DNA from: a bacterium
GTDB lineage: Bacteria > Patescibacteriota > Dojkabacteria > JAKAPS01 > JAJZLI01
Length of the DNA: 64,000 nucleotides
Direction of reading: 5' to 3'
NCBI GenBank assembly: GCA_027459825.1
Contig: DAIDGT010000001.1
Location: 37,884 to 101,883 of the forward strand
Positions within the stretch are counted from its first letter, which is position 1. Every line of letters begins with the position of its first letter. Position numbers and translations under genes: made by a program. The notes beneath the pieces are model-generated. The model was given only the letters and a program-made list of their open reading frames with translations. It was not told where the DNA came from and did no database searches. This document shows positions 49,087 through 60,003 of the stretch, one piece after another.

Positions 49087-49926
49087 TAAAACCAAAGATT
49101 GTATATATATAAACATTGACTGCACAAACCAATAAATAGATAGTGCAGCAGGAATAGGGCTGAGTACCCCAAGAGAAATTATAACTATAAATATAGGCAT
49201 AATATAGAGCATTTGTTTTGAAATAGCATTTCCCATTGCCATTGGATCCGCTTCCAAAGCATTCTTGTTTCCCCCTTTACTTTCCTGGAGTTCTAAAGAA
49301 AGATCTTCCTTTGCAACTTCATTCGAAGTATTAGGTAAAGACACTTTTGTGACAAGATATTGAGAGATACCTACTAAAATAGCAAGGATAATGTATGGAA
49401 TAATATGATAATCCCCTATTTTAAAATTAAAAGCATCTTTCCCAACATTAATAAAAAACATGTTTAAATTATAGTGATATGAGGTAGGATATTTAAGAAA
49501 AGGAAGGTACAACAGCTTATTAACTGCAATTGCTCCATTTTTTGACATCATTATGATAGCGGCATAAATTGCATATAAAAAAGGAATTTGCACTATTAAG
49601 GATAAACAGTTTCCTGTAGGATTAACACCTTCTTCTTTAAAAAGCTTCATCTGTTCTTCCCTAAGCTTAGTGAGGTCTCCTTTATATTTTTCCTGAATTT
49701 CTTTAAGTTTAGGCTGAACTTTTGCCATATTCCTTGAAGCTTTTATTTGACCTGCCTGCATTGGCCACAAAGCGAGTCTAAATAGTACAGTAATAAGAAT
49801 AACGGCAATTCCAAAATTTCCACCAGAAACTTTATATAAAAGAACTAATATATTTAAAATAGGATGAAAGAAAATATCATTCCAGATAAATCCAAATATA
49901 AAACCAAAAAAATGAAAAAAACTCAT
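49072..49926 (-). CDS. yidC: membrane protein insertase YidC (short form)
   Basis: Conserved YidC/Oxa1 core. The rnpA-yidC arrangement is conserved. Confidence 0.8.
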   Translation of the reverse strand: MSFFHFFGFIFGFIWNDIFFHPILNILVLLYKVSGGNFGIAVILITVLFRLALWPMQAGQIKASRNMAKVQPKLKEIQEKYKGDLTKLREEQMKLFKEEGVNPTGNCLSLIVQIPFLYAIYAAIIMMSKNGAIAVNKLLYLPFLKYPTSYHYNLNMFFINVGKDAFNFKIGDYHIIPYIILAILVGISQYLVTKVSLPNTSNEVAKEDLSLELQESKGGNKNALEADPMAMGNAISKQMLYIMPIFIVIISLGVLSPIPAALSIYWFVQSMFIYIQSLVLLKGN

Positions 49927-50261
49927 AATAATTTTGCCTTATCAAGCATCAATTTAATACTATTATTAATATCTTTATATTCCACACCCTTCCAATTACT
50001 ATAATTAGGATTTAAAACAAAAATTATATCATACCCAACTTTTATATCTCCAATAATTTCTCGTATTACAAATCGAAACCTTCTCTTTAGCTTATTTCTA
50101 AAATAGGCTTTCCCTACTTTTTTCTTTACAACAAAACCAAATCTAGAATAAATTTTTTCATTAGGAGAAAAAAACATTAAAAAGTATTCACATGATACTC
50201 TATCTTTCCCCTTATAGACCCTTTCAAAGTCTCTTCTTAATCTATTTATTCTTGGAAGCAT
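49923..50261 (-). CDS. rnpA: ribonuclease P protein component
   Basis: Basic 112-aa protein with the RLRRDFERVYKG motif, between rpmH and yidC. Confidence 0.8.
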   Translation of the reverse strand: MLPRINRLRRDFERVYKGKDRVSCEYFLMFFSPNEKIYSRFGFVVKKKVGKAYFRNKLKRRFRFVIREIIGDIKVGYDIIFVLNPNYSNWKGVEYKDINNSIKLMLDKAKLL

Positions 50262-50273
50262 TACTCCTCGTAA

Positions 50274-50459
50274 TTATCTTATCTTATTCCTAGGTTTTTT
50301 CCCAATCTTTCGAAATATATCAGAAACAGACAAAGAAGATCTACCTTTACTACGCCTTCTTGATATAGTTGCCCTTCCAGAATGAGAAGACATTCTAGAT
50401 CTGAAACCAAATTTTCTCAAAGTTTTTAATTTTTTAGGCTGATATGTTCTTTTAGTCAT
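50274..50459 (-). CDS. rpmH: 50S ribosomal protein L34 (with C-terminal basic extension)
   Basis: [23 protein letters not shown]...RRRSKGR matches the L34 core. The ATG at 50459 was chosen over the longer six-frame ORF (50525). Confidence 0.8.
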   Translation of the reverse strand: MTKRTYQPKKLKTLRKFGFRSRMSSHSGRATISRRRSKGRSSLSVSDIFRKIGKKPRNKIR

Positions 50460-50569
50460 AATTATTCCTGTTATTATACACAAGATAAGCCATATCTTCA
50501 ATAGAAGATATTCAAAAATTGACAAGTATTTTTAATAGAGGTATAACATTGAGGATAGTTTCAAATTTA

Positions 50570-52654
50570 ATGGATACTCTATTTAACCCTTCATCGGTTG
50601 CAGTAATTGGTGCAAGTTTAAATCCCAATAAGTTAGGATATAGCATATTAAAAAATATATTGGATTACGGTTTTGAAGGAAAAATATTCCCAGTAAATAT
50701 AAAATACGACAATATATTAGGTCATAAAGTATATAGATCCATATTAGATATAGAGGAAATTATTGATGACGCTATAATTGTAATTCCGGCAAATATAGTC
50801 AATAAAGTTGTAAGGGAATGCGCCCAGGCACATGTAAAAAATGCTATTATCATATCCTCTGGTTTTAAAGAATCAGGAGAAGGGGGAAGAATTAGAGAAG
50901 AAGAACTCATTAATATAGCAAAGGAAGGAAATTTAAGGATAGTTGGACCCAATTCTCTAGGGATAATATCTAGTAAAAATAAACTAAACGCAACATTTGC
51001 ATCAGAGCAATCAGCTCCACTACTAGGGAATATATATTTACTGTCACAATCAGGGGCAGTTGCGACATCAATGCTTGATTGGGCAAGAGAAAATAATATT
51101 GGATTCTCAAGATTTGTATCAATTGGAAATAAAGCAGATTTTAGTGAGAACGATTTTATAGAAGATACAAAGGAAGGAGAAATCGTTGCTATCTATTTAG
51201 AAAGTTTAAAGGATGGAAAAATATTAAGAAAAATCGCAGAAAAGATTACTCAAAAAAATCCTATAGTTGTCTTGATGCCAGGAAAATCAAAAAAAATAGG
51301 GAGTATCATGATGTCACATTCAGGATCAATGGCTACAGACCACATACTTCTATCAACATTATTTAAACAAACAGGAATGATTGAAGTCGATAGCCTAGAA
51401 AAAATGTTTAATGTAATAAAAACATTATCATTCTCTAATACATTACCTAAAGGTAACAAAACTGCAATTATTACAAATGCAGGCGGACCAGCCGTAATTA
51501 CAACAGATACACTAATGCAGGAGAACATGGAACTTGCTTCTTTAGAAGATGAAACACAGAACAATCTAAAAAAGATTCTTCCTGAACAATCAAATGTTCA
51601 TAATCCAATAGATTTAATAGGAGATGCGCAGGAAGATAGATACTCTAATGCGATAAAAATTATAGGGAAAGATAAGAATGTAGACAATATTATTGTAATC
51701 CTGACACCCCAGATTACGACACAAGTAGAGAAAACTGCGGAGAGCATATCTAAATTGTCAAAAGAAATAAATAAGAATATATTCGTATCCTTCATAGGTG
51801 GATATTCTGTACAGAAAGGAATTCAAATACTGGACCAGGCCAGAATCCCTAATTTTCCATTTCCAGAACAGGCAGTATATACAATACATAAACTATATAA
51901 ATATACACAGTATAAAGAAAATGCTAAAGAGGAAAATATTGAGCAACCTCAAGATACAACAAGGTCTAACACCATATTAGAAATATTCCAACATTTTAAA
52001 GATACCAAGGTACTTGATCCATATAGTGCAGATAGCATTTTAAAAAATGTAGGAATACCTACTCCACAAGTAATACAAATAAAGAGTCTTGAAGAAGCTA
52101 ATAATGCATCACAAAAGATAGGATACCCAGTGGTAATGAAATTATCATCAGAAAAGATATTACATAAATCAGATGTTAATGCAGTAATTACAGATATAAA
52201 TAACTATAATGAGTTAGAATATGCCTATAAGATAATATATAGTTCTCTACAAAAAATAAATGATAATAATGCTTCTATAATAATACAAAAGCAGATACTA
52301 GGAGGAGTAAATGTAATAGTTGGGATGGTAAAACATGCAAATATAGGAAACCTAATATTATTTGGAATGGGAGGTGTATATACTCAACTTTTTAAAGACA
52401 TATCTACAAGACTATCCCCTATATCAAAAAGAAATGTATTGCAAATGATTAATGAAACTAAAGCGTCTTACCTACTGCGAGGGTATAGAGGAGATAAACC
52501 AAAGGATATTGATAAACTTGTGGATTTAATAATTACAGTTTCAAATATCTCACAAGAATACCCTGAAATATCTCAAATAGATATAAACCCGGCAATAATA
52601 CTAAATAAGGGTAGTGGGATATACTGTGTTGACAGTAAAATTATTTTGGAATAA
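50570..52654 (+). CDS. ADP-forming acetyl-CoA (acyl-CoA) synthetase, fused CoA-binding/ligase-CoA and ATP-grasp domains
   Basis: N-terminal CoA-binding domain LFNPSSVAVIGAS, succinyl-CoA-synthetase-like flavodoxin domain and C-terminal ATP-grasp. The six-frame ORF begins at a TTG (50519), so the ATG at 50570 is the more likely start. Confidence 0.75.
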   Translation: MDTLFNPSSVAVIGASLNPNKLGYSILKNILDYGFEGKIFPVNIKYDNILGHKVYRSILDIEEIIDDAIIVIPANIVNKVVRECAQAHVKNAIIISSGFKESGEGGRIREEELINIAKEGNLRIVGPNSLGIISSKNKLNATFASEQSAPLLGNIYLLSQSGAVATSMLDWARENNIGFSRFVSIGNKADFSENDFIEDTKEGEIVAIYLESLKDGKILRKIAEKITQKNPIVVLMPGKSKKIGSIMMSHSGSMATDHILLSTLFKQTGMIEVDSLEKMFNVIKTLSFSNTLPKGNKTAIITNAGGPAVITTDTLMQENMELASLEDETQNNLKKILPEQSNVHNPIDLIGDAQEDRYSNAIKIIGKDKNVDNIIVILTPQITTQVEKTAESISKLSKEINKNIFVSFIGGYSVQKGIQILDQARIPNFPFPEQAVYTIHKLYKYTQYKENAKEENIEQPQDTTRSNTILEIFQHFKDTKVLDPYSADSILKNVGIPTPQVIQIKSLEEANNASQKIGYPVVMKLSSEKILHKSDVNAVITDINNYNELEYAYKIIYSSLQKINDNNASIIIQKQILGGVNVIVGMVKHANIGNLILFGMGGVYTQLFKDISTRLSPISKRNVLQMINETKASYLLRGYRGDKPKDIDKLVDLIITVSNISQEYPEISQIDINPAIILNKGSGIYCVDSKIILE

Positions 52655-52668
52655 CCTAAAAGTGAAAA

Positions 52669-55074
52669 ATGAAAAGTTTTACAAATGTAACCAAAAGACC
52701 TGAAAGCGTTAGAGATACAAGAAGAGAGTATGGAGAAAAACTAAATTCCATATCAAAATATAGAAGAATAGTAGATTACCTCGCAGCAGCCCAATTATAT
52801 TTAAAAGACAATTTTTTATTAGAAAAACCTCTTGAGCCATCACACATAAAAGATAGGCTATTAGGGCATTGGGGAACTTGCCCGGGCATTAATTTAATTT
52901 ATGCTCACCTTAATAGAATTATTAATGAATTTAATGCAAATATATTGCTTATTACAGGACCAGGTCATGGATCACCTGCAAATAGGGCAAATTTATATAT
53001 AGAAGGAACTTTAAGCGAATATTTTGACAAATTAACAATGGATTATAATGGGATATCATGGTTAATTAAAGGTTTTAGTTGGCCAGGAGGTTTTCCAAGT
53101 CACCTTGACCCTGCCCTACCAAGCGTAATTAATGAAGGAGGAGAATTAGGGTACTCGCTTGCAATTGCATATGGAGCAGCCTTAGATAATCCTGACCTTA
53201 TCGTAGCGTGCATTATTGGAGATGGAGAAGCAGAAACAGGACCTTTGTCAGCCTCATGGCAAGGGAATAAGTTTATAAACCCGATATCTTCAGGTGCAGT
53301 TTTACCAATATTACATCTCAATGGATACAAAATATCAACACCAACAATATTGGGAACAATGGGGAATTCAGAATTAACAAACTACTTTAATGGTCTTGGT
53401 TATGACGTACACATAGCAGATGACACAGACATAGATGCAGACATTTATTCTGCAATGGACTGGGCGTACCAAAGAATAAAACTTATCCAAGAAACAGCAA
53501 GGTCATCAAAATCAAATGTACTACTAAGATGGCCAATGATTATTATGAAAACTCCAAAAGGAATGGGAGGAATAAAAGACCTTGATGGAAAAAGAATAGA
53601 AGGGTCGTTTAGATCTCACCAGGTACCAGTTATGGATCCTAAAACGAATCCTATGCATTTAAAAAATGTAGAAAATTGGCTCAAATCATACAATATACAT
53701 GAGCTAATAAACCAAAATGGCAAGATAATAGAAGAGGTATTAGACATTTGTCCAAAGGGAGATAAAAGGCTTGGTAAAAATATCCATGCATTTGCAGGAG
53801 ATATTCGAAAAGAGTTAATATTACCCGATATATCTAATTATTATTTTAAATTTGAACAAAGAGGAGAACTCCATACCAGTGGGTTGGAAAGGTCAGGAGA
53901 ATACCTACGAGATACCATAGAACAAAATGAGAACACCAAGAATATCAGAATCTTTTCTCCAGATGAACTATTATCGAATAAACTAGGAAGTATATTTGAA
54001 GTCACAGATAGATGCTATATGTATCCAACTAAATCTTATGATGACTTTATCTCGCCAGATGGGAGAGTTATAGAAATATTATCAGAACATGTATGCCAAG
54101 GTTTACTACAAGGATATATCCTTACAGGAAGACATGGGATATTTCCAAGCTATGAAGCATTTATGCCAATTATAGATAGCATGGTTAATCAGTATGCAAA
54201 ATTTTTAAAAATATCATTGGAAATTCCATGGAGAAAGCCAGTCTCATCTATGAATTATTTTTTAACATCTCTAAGCTGGCGACAAGAGCATAACGGATAC
54301 TCTCACCAATCTCCAGGATTTGTAAACAATTTACTAAACAAAAAAAATAAAATAGTAAATATATTTTTACCTCCTGACCCTAATTTTACACTATACACAC
54401 TGGATCAATGTTTAAAAGTCAAAAATAAAATAAATATTATTGTTGCGGGAAAGGATGAAAGACCAAACCTACTTACAGGGAAAGAAATAGAGGAACAATT
54501 TGAAAAAGGAATGGCTATATGGAAATGGGCAGGAAATGAAGATGAAGGAAACGCAGATATTGTACTTACAGGAATTGGGGATTACACAACTGAGGAGATA
54601 CTTGCCTCCGTGGAAATATTGAAGCAAGATGCTCCATTCATAAAGGTTAGAGTAGTAAATGTATCAAGTCTTCTTGTACTTGAACCGCCATCAATATACT
54701 CAAATGGAGCAACAGAAGAAGAATTCGAAGAAATATTTACAAAGGATAAGCCAGTCATAATGAATTTTATTGGATATGTTTCTGCGATAAAACAACTACT
54801 ATTTGATAGGCGCAATAATTCTAGATTTAATATAAATGGATACATGGAAGAAGGAACAACTACTACTCCATTTGATATGCATGTAAGAAATCATACAAGT
54901 AGATACCAGATAGCAATACAAGTAATTGATATATTAGAAAAACAAAACCCTAAAGTAAAAGAAATTGGAAACAGATTAAAAAGTAAATACGAAAAAATAC
55001 TTGAAGAGTTCGAAAAATATATTGACCAATACGGAGAAGATCCAAAGTCCATAACAAATTGGAGAATTATTTAG
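52669..55074 (+). CDS. xfp: xylulose-5-phosphate/fructose-6-phosphate phosphoketolase
   Basis: About 800 aa with a TPP-binding N-terminus (LLGHWGTCPG...), the typical XFP family length and motifs. Confidence 0.9.
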   Translation: MKSFTNVTKRPESVRDTRREYGEKLNSISKYRRIVDYLAAAQLYLKDNFLLEKPLEPSHIKDRLLGHWGTCPGINLIYAHLNRIINEFNANILLITGPGHGSPANRANLYIEGTLSEYFDKLTMDYNGISWLIKGFSWPGGFPSHLDPALPSVINEGGELGYSLAIAYGAALDNPDLIVACIIGDGEAETGPLSASWQGNKFINPISSGAVLPILHLNGYKISTPTILGTMGNSELTNYFNGLGYDVHIADDTDIDADIYSAMDWAYQRIKLIQETARSSKSNVLLRWPMIIMKTPKGMGGIKDLDGKRIEGSFRSHQVPVMDPKTNPMHLKNVENWLKSYNIHELINQNGKIIEEVLDICPKGDKRLGKNIHAFAGDIRKELILPDISNYYFKFEQRGELHTSGLERSGEYLRDTIEQNENTKNIRIFSPDELLSNKLGSIFEVTDRCYMYPTKSYDDFISPDGRVIEILSEHVCQGLLQGYILTGRHGIFPSYEAFMPIIDSMVNQYAKFLKISLEIPWRKPVSSMNYFLTSLSWRQEHNGYSHQSPGFVNNLLNKKNKIVNIFLPPDPNFTLYTLDQCLKVKNKINIIVAGKDERPNLLTGKEIEEQFEKGMAIWKWAGNEDEGNADIVLTGIGDYTTEEILASVEILKQDAPFIKVRVVNVSSLLVLEPPSIYSNGATEEEFEEIFTKDKPVIMNFIGYVSAIKQLLFDRRNNSRFNINGYMEEGTTTTPFDMHVRNHTSRYQIAIQVIDILEKQNPKVKEIGNRLKSKYEKILEEFEKYIDQYGEDPKSITNWRII

Positions 55075-55429
55075 GAGGATGTTTTATTCTGAAAAATATC
55101 ATTCTATTAAGAGACCCACCATAAGCTTCGATTCTATGATAAGTATTAGGGGGAATCACAATAACATCTCCACTCTTGTACACTTCTTTTTCTCCACTAT
55201 CTCCATACAAAACCTCCCCTTCTCCTTCTAGTACCAATGCAAACTCATCCATATCTATATGCTCATGCCAATCAAAGTATTTGCCTGGTTCTAAATAATC
55301 AATTGCAAAAATATCAAGGTTCAAGTTATTCAAAGTCATGCCATCAAGAAGTTTTCTTCTTAAACCAGCATTATCATGTGTACCTTCCTCTTTAATAGTA
55401 TTAACTTTAAAAATTTTTACTTTATGCAT
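55067..55429 (-). CDS. cupin-domain protein
   Basis: Short beta-barrel protein with the WHEH...H motif characteristic of cupins. Confidence 0.55.
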   Translation of the reverse strand: MHKVKIFKVNTIKEEGTHDNAGLRRKLLDGMTLNNLNLDIFAIDYLEPGKYFDWHEHIDMDEFALVLEGEGEVLYGDSGEKEVYKSGDVIVIPPNTYHRIEAYGGSLNRMIFFRIKHPPK

Positions 55430-55527
55430 ATTAAACTGTATTTATTATATTTCCAAATGTATAAACATTCAATATATAAAACATTTACTGTATTTATAAA
55501 TAATCATATGCTATCCTACTAGATAAT

Positions 55528-55968
55528 ATGATATATATAGCATCTGACCATGCAGGGTTTGAATTAAAAAATAAGATTACAAAGTTCCTTGACGAAGCAC
55601 AAAAAGAATATGAAGACTTAGGTCCCCACACATTCGACCCCGCTGACGATTATCCAAATTTTGCAAAATTAGTTGCAGAAAGGGTACTTCAAAATAACAG
55701 CAACACAGGGGTATTGATATGTGATACAGGCATAGGGATGGATATAACAGCAAATAAATTTAAAGGCATTCGTGCAGCACTTTGTCATGACACATTTCAA
55801 GCCATGAGAGCAAAAATGCACAATGATGCAAATATATTAGTTATGGCAGCGGAATACGAAGGAAAGAGCGATATATATAAGGATATAATTACAACATTTT
55901 TAAATACTCCATTCTCTGATGAAGAAAGGCATACCAGAAGAATTAAAGAAATAGATAATATATGTTAA
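55528..55968 (+). CDS. rpiB: ribose-5-phosphate isomerase B
   Basis: IYIASDHAGFELK start and the catalytic GVLICDTGIGM region. Confidence 0.85.
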   Translation: MIYIASDHAGFELKNKITKFLDEAQKEYEDLGPHTFDPADDYPNFAKLVAERVLQNNSNTGVLICDTGIGMDITANKFKGIRAALCHDTFQAMRAKMHNDANILVMAAEYEGKSDIYKDIITTFLNTPFSDEERHTRRIKEIDNIC

Positions 55969-56582
55969 TAATTCCCGCAATATTAGAAACTACACTTGAT
56001 GAAGTAAAAAGTAAAATAGATCTACTAAAAAATGATTCTAAAAAATTTCATATTGATATCATGGATAGTACCATTACCCCTGAAAGATCAATACCAATAC
56101 ATGAGATTCCAATGATACCCGAAGTGAAATATGAACTACACCTCATGGTGAAAAAACCTTCTGAATATATAGTGGAAGTAAGAAAGATTAAACCATACAA
56201 AATAATTATACACTCAGAAATACCCAGCATAAACTCAGAAATTGAAAAAGTAAGAGGCTTGTGGGATGTATATGTAGCAATTGATATTACAACCTCTGCA
56301 GAACAGGTAATCCCAATGTTAAAAAAGGTCAACGGGGTATTGGTTATGTCTGTTCCTATAGGGAAAACTGGACAAAAATTTCATAAAGAAGCATTGAATA
56401 AAATAAAATATTTATCAAAATATACTAAAAATATAGAAATTGATGGAGGAGTGAATCTTCGAAATATATCACAATGCGCAAAATTAAATGTATCTGAATT
56501 TGCAATATCAAGCGGAATATATAAAGGACATAATCCAAAGAGTAACCTTACACAATTAAAAAAAATAGTAAGAAGGGTGTAA
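55962..56582 (+). CDS. rpe: ribulose-phosphate 3-epimerase-like TIM-barrel protein (divergent)
   Basis: IIPAILETTLDEV ... HIDIMDSTITPE resembles the RPE N-terminal metal-binding region. Divergent. Confidence 0.5.
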   Translation: MLIIPAILETTLDEVKSKIDLLKNDSKKFHIDIMDSTITPERSIPIHEIPMIPEVKYELHLMVKKPSEYIVEVRKIKPYKIIIHSEIPSINSEIEKVRGLWDVYVAIDITTSAEQVIPMLKKVNGVLVMSVPIGKTGQKFHKEALNKIKYLSKYTKNIEIDGGVNLRNISQCAKLNVSEFAISSGIYKGHNPKSNLTQLKKIVRRV

Positions 56583-56600
56583 TACTATATTACAAATAAT

Positions 56601-56629
56601 AAAGGCTGTGAATTTTTCACAGCCTTTTT
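56601..56629. terminator. bidirectional rho-independent terminator between rpe-like (+) and dnaK (-)
   Basis: Perfect 12-bp stem AAAGGCTGTGAA/TTCACAGCCTTT with a 3-nt loop, followed by a T-run on the plus strand and an A-run-derived U-run on the minus strand. Confidence 0.6.
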
Positions 56630-56650
56630 CTTTATATACCCAGATATAAT

Positions 56651-58591
56651 TTAGTTAACGACTTCTCCTTCCTTAACTCCATCACCAGAGCCTGGGTTTG
56701 TCTCATCTCCTCCAGGATTTTGGGATCCATTATCTTGATTTCCACCTTCATTTGGATTTACACCATCTGTTGGATTTGTATCTCCTCCTTGAGGAATTGA
56801 ACTTATAACATCCTGCATAACATTGTCCATATCTGATAAAGCACTCTTAAGGGCACTTTCATCAAAATCCTCTTGAGATATTATATCCTTAATTGATTGC
56901 AATTTTTGAGAGAGAGCATCCTGTTTATCCTGTGGAATTTTCTCCTTATTTTCTTCAAGGAATTTTTCAGCAGAAAAGACAGCAGTATCAGCAGTATTTT
57001 TCATATCAATCTTCTCTTTTTTCTTTTTATCTTCAGCCTCATGCTCCTTAGCCTCATTAACCATCCTTTCTATTTCATCTTCTGACAAAGAAGTGTTTGC
57101 TGTAATAGTTATATGCTGTTGCTTACCAGAAGTCTTATCTTGTGCACTAACTTTCAGTATCCCATTTGCATCAATATCAAAAGCAACTTCTATCTGAGGT
57201 ATTCCTCTTCTCTGTGGTGGAATACCATCCAGAATAAATCTTCCTAAAGTTTTATTATCTGCCGCCATTTCTCTCTCCCCCTGTAAAATATGAATTTCAA
57301 CAGAAGTTTGATTATCAGCTGCAGTTGTAAATGTTTGCTTCTTTTGAATAGGAATAGTAGAATTCCTTTCAACAAGCTTTGTGCAAACACCACCAAGAGT
57401 TTCAATCCCTAAAGATAAAGGAGTAACATCAAGTAGAGTTACATCTCTTACATCACCTGCTAAAACTCCTCCCTGAACAGCTGCGCCAACGGCAACAACT
57501 TCATCTGGATTTACACTCTTATTTGGTTCCTTTCCAAAAAATTTCTTTACAGCTTCAACAACAGCAGGCATTCTTGTCATACCACCAACAAGTATTACCT
57601 CATGAATATCAGATACTTGTTTCTTTGCATCTGCCAAAGCTTTTTTCAGAGGCTCAATCGTGTTATCAATCAAATCTTTAACCAATTTTTCAAGTTGAGC
57701 CTTAGTCATTGTCATGTTTAAATGCTTAGGGCCAGAAGAATCTGCTGTAATAAACGGAAGATTTATTTGTGTCTGAGCGGTAGAAGATAATTCTATCTTA
57801 GCTTTCTCTGCAGCTTCTTTCAATCTTTGCAAAGCAGCAGAGTCAGATCTGAGATCTACTCCATTTGTTTTTTTAAACTCATCTGCGATATAGTCAATAA
57901 TTCGCCTATCAAAATCATCTCCTCCAAGATGAGTATCTCCATTTGTTGCAATAACTTCAAAAATTCCATCCCCAAGCTCAAGAACAGAAACATCAAAAGT
58001 CCCTCCACCAAGATCATAAACAACAACTGTCTGCTCACCTTTCTTATCAAAACCATAAGCTAGAGCAGCTGCAGTTGGCTCATTAATTATCCTTTTAACA
58101 TCCAAACCTGCAATTTTTCCTGCATTCTTGGTTGCCTGTCTCTGAGAATCATCAAAATACGCAGGAACTGTAATAACAGCTTCAGTAACTTTCTCCCCAA
58201 GGAAACTCTCTGCATCAGTTTTTAGTTTAGAAAGAACCATAGCAGAAATAGCCTCAGGAGCTAACCATTCATCACCAAAATGAACTTCAACTCCACCTGA
58301 AGAAGATTTCCTAATTTCAAAAGGAAAAACTTTTAAATCTCTTTGCACTTCAGGATCACTAAAATTCCTACCAATCAGCCTTTTAATTGAATAAAAAGTC
58401 TCTTTTGGATTTAAAACCATTTGATTTTTTGCGCTAATACCCACTGCCCTAGATTTATCTGGAAGTATTGCTACCACAGAAGGGGTTGTTCTTGCTCCTT
58501 CGCTATTTGGGATAACAGAAGGAGAACCTCCCTCCATAAAAGCGACCGCGCTATTTGTTGTTCCTAAATCAATTCCTATTATTTTTGACAT
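56651..58591 (-). CDS. dnaK: molecular chaperone DnaK (Hsp70)
   Basis: [18 protein letters not shown] and other Hsp70 signatures, with an acidic or Gly-rich C-terminus. Confidence 0.95.
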   Translation of the reverse strand: MSKIIGIDLGTTNSAVAFMEGGSPSVIPNSEGARTTPSVVAILPDKSRAVGISAKNQMVLNPKETFYSIKRLIGRNFSDPEVQRDLKVFPFEIRKSSSGGVEVHFGDEWLAPEAISAMVLSKLKTDAESFLGEKVTEAVITVPAYFDDSQRQATKNAGKIAGLDVKRIINEPTAAALAYGFDKKGEQTVVVYDLGGGTFDVSVLELGDGIFEVIATNGDTHLGGDDFDRRIIDYIADEFKKTNGVDLRSDSAALQRLKEAAEKAKIELSSTAQTQINLPFITADSSGPKHLNMTMTKAQLEKLVKDLIDNTIEPLKKALADAKKQVSDIHEVILVGGMTRMPAVVEAVKKFFGKEPNKSVNPDEVVAVGAAVQGGVLAGDVRDVTLLDVTPLSLGIETLGGVCTKLVERNSTIPIQKKQTFTTAADNQTSVEIHILQGEREMAADNKTLGRFILDGIPPQRRGIPQIEVAFDIDANGILKVSAQDKTSGKQQHITITANTSLSEDEIERMVNEAKEHEAEDKKKKEKIDMKNTADTAVFSAEKFLEENKEKIPQDKQDALSQKLQSIKDIISQEDFDESALKSALSDMDNVMQDVISSIPQGGDTNPTDGVNPNEGGNQDNGSQNPGGDETNPGSGDGVKEGEVVN

Positions 58592-58615
58592 AAATTTATA
58601 ATAACTAAAATAAAA

Positions 58616-59221
58616 TTAAATTTGTTTCTTCGATACAATAACCCTTACAGGTCTTATAACTTTACCATTTTTTAAATAACCAACCCTTACAATTTCAGTA
58701 ACTTTATTATCTTCATCTCCAACGACAGTACCGACAACTTCACTATCTAAAGGAGAATAATTATCTCCAACTTTAACATTTTGAACTTCTAAACCTTGAG
58801 ATTTAACAATATCCATACATTTTGAATAAATGTTTCTTATTCCTTCCATAAAAGGAGAAGATTCTCCATTTTTCTCCATATGAGCAACATATAGGTTAAT
58901 ATCGTCAACTATATCTAAAAATTGCCTTAATATAATACTGTCAGACATGCTTTGAGCATTTGACTTATCAACTTCTACTCGCTTTTTAAGATTTTGGTAA
59001 TCTGAAAGAGCATTCTTAAGAGAAGATAATGCGTTCTGATAGGAAGTATTTAAATCATCCTTTTCTTTATCCTTATCCTCAATAATTTTCTTTAGATCCG
59101 CAATCTCCTTTTCCTTATCATCTAGAGTTTTAACCATTTCTTCTTTTATAAAAGAAACATCTGAACTCTCTTTTTTTAACTCATTATTATTCTTTTTTTT
59201 ATGTTTTTTTTGTGTTTCCAT
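58616..59221 (-). CDS. grpE: nucleotide exchange factor GrpE
   Basis: Coiled-coil N-terminus and the GrpE C-terminal beta-domain, sitting between hrcA and dnaK. Confidence 0.8.
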   Translation of the reverse strand: METQKKHKKKNNNELKKESSDVSFIKEEMVKTLDDKEKEIADLKKIIEDKDKEKDDLNTSYQNALSSLKNALSDYQNLKKRVEVDKSNAQSMSDSIILRQFLDIVDDINLYVAHMEKNGESSPFMEGIRNIYSKCMDIVKSQGLEVQNVKVGDNYSPLDSEVVGTVVGDEDNKVTEIVRVGYLKNGKVIRPVRVIVSKKQI

Positions 59222-59248
59222 AATATATCCTATAAATAAACTATAAAA

Positions 59249-59971
59249 TTACCACCCAGCAACTGCTTCTTCTATAGTATTTCTAACATACCTTACAAGA
59301 GGAAGGACTTTTTCGTAATGCATTCTAAATGGACCAATAACAGCAATATATCCTTGTTCTCCTCTATGTAGCCTAAACCCTGAAAATACTATTGAGCTTT
59401 TTGCGAAACTAGAAAAACCAGATTCCTCTCCTATAAGAATTTTTACATCTCCATCCGCAACAGACCCTTTATCAAAAATACTTTCAAGAATACTATAATT
59501 TTCAATTACAGAAAGAAGATTTTTTAAAATAGAAAGATCTTCAAATTCCACATAATCTAAAATTTCAGAAATTCCAGCGTAATAAATAGAATCTGAAGCA
59601 ATTGCAACTGCAATATATTTCAGTTTTGAAGCTAGAAGCTCTACACACCTTCTGAGCAATCTATCTCTCTGAAATTTTTCCCTATTAAGCTCCTCTCTTA
59701 TAAGCATCTCCTCCGTATAGTTCAAGTCATGTTCTAAAAGTATATTCTCGAGAAAATACCTAAGACCAACTACAGTAGGAACTCTACCTGATGAAAAATT
59801 TTCTTTTTCCAAAAAGCCTAATTTTATGAGATCAGACATATCATTCCTTATCGTTGCAGGAGATGCCTTTATCTTATATCTCTCCCCAACAACAAGAGAA
59901 CCAACAGGCTGAGCTGTTTTCATAAATTCAAGTATTATAGATTTTAAAATTTTTTCCTGCCTTGGAGTCAT
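59249..59971 (-). CDS. hrcA: heat-inducible transcription repressor HrcA
   Basis: MTPRQEKILKSIILEF...QPVGS is a winged-helix start typical of HrcA. The hrcA-grpE-dnaK order is conserved. The ATG at 59971 is preferred over the six-frame start (60043) because a CIRCE-like repeat would otherwise lie inside the coding sequence. Confidence 0.75.
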   Translation of the reverse strand: MTPRQEKILKSIILEFMKTAQPVGSLVVGERYKIKASPATIRNDMSDLIKLGFLEKENFSSGRVPTVVGLRYFLENILLEHDLNYTEEMLIREELNREKFQRDRLLRRCVELLASKLKYIAVAIASDSIYYAGISEILDYVEFEDLSILKNLLSVIENYSILESIFDKGSVADGDVKILIGEESGFSSFAKSSIVFSGFRLHRGEQGYIAVIGPFRMHYEKVLPLVRYVRNTIEEAVAGW

Positions 59972-59976
59972 GAAAA

Positions 59977-60003
59977 CTAGCAGAGCATAATATAATTTGC
60001 TAA
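59977..60003. promoter_or_regulatory. degenerate CIRCE-like inverted repeat (9-N9-9 geometry) upstream of hrcA
   Basis: Plus-strand CTAGCAGAG-CATAATATA-ATTTGCTAA compared with CIRCE TTAGCACTC-N9-GAGTGCTAA. The TAGCA/TGCTA core and the 9-9-9 spacing are conserved; the outer positions diverge. Confidence 0.35.
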
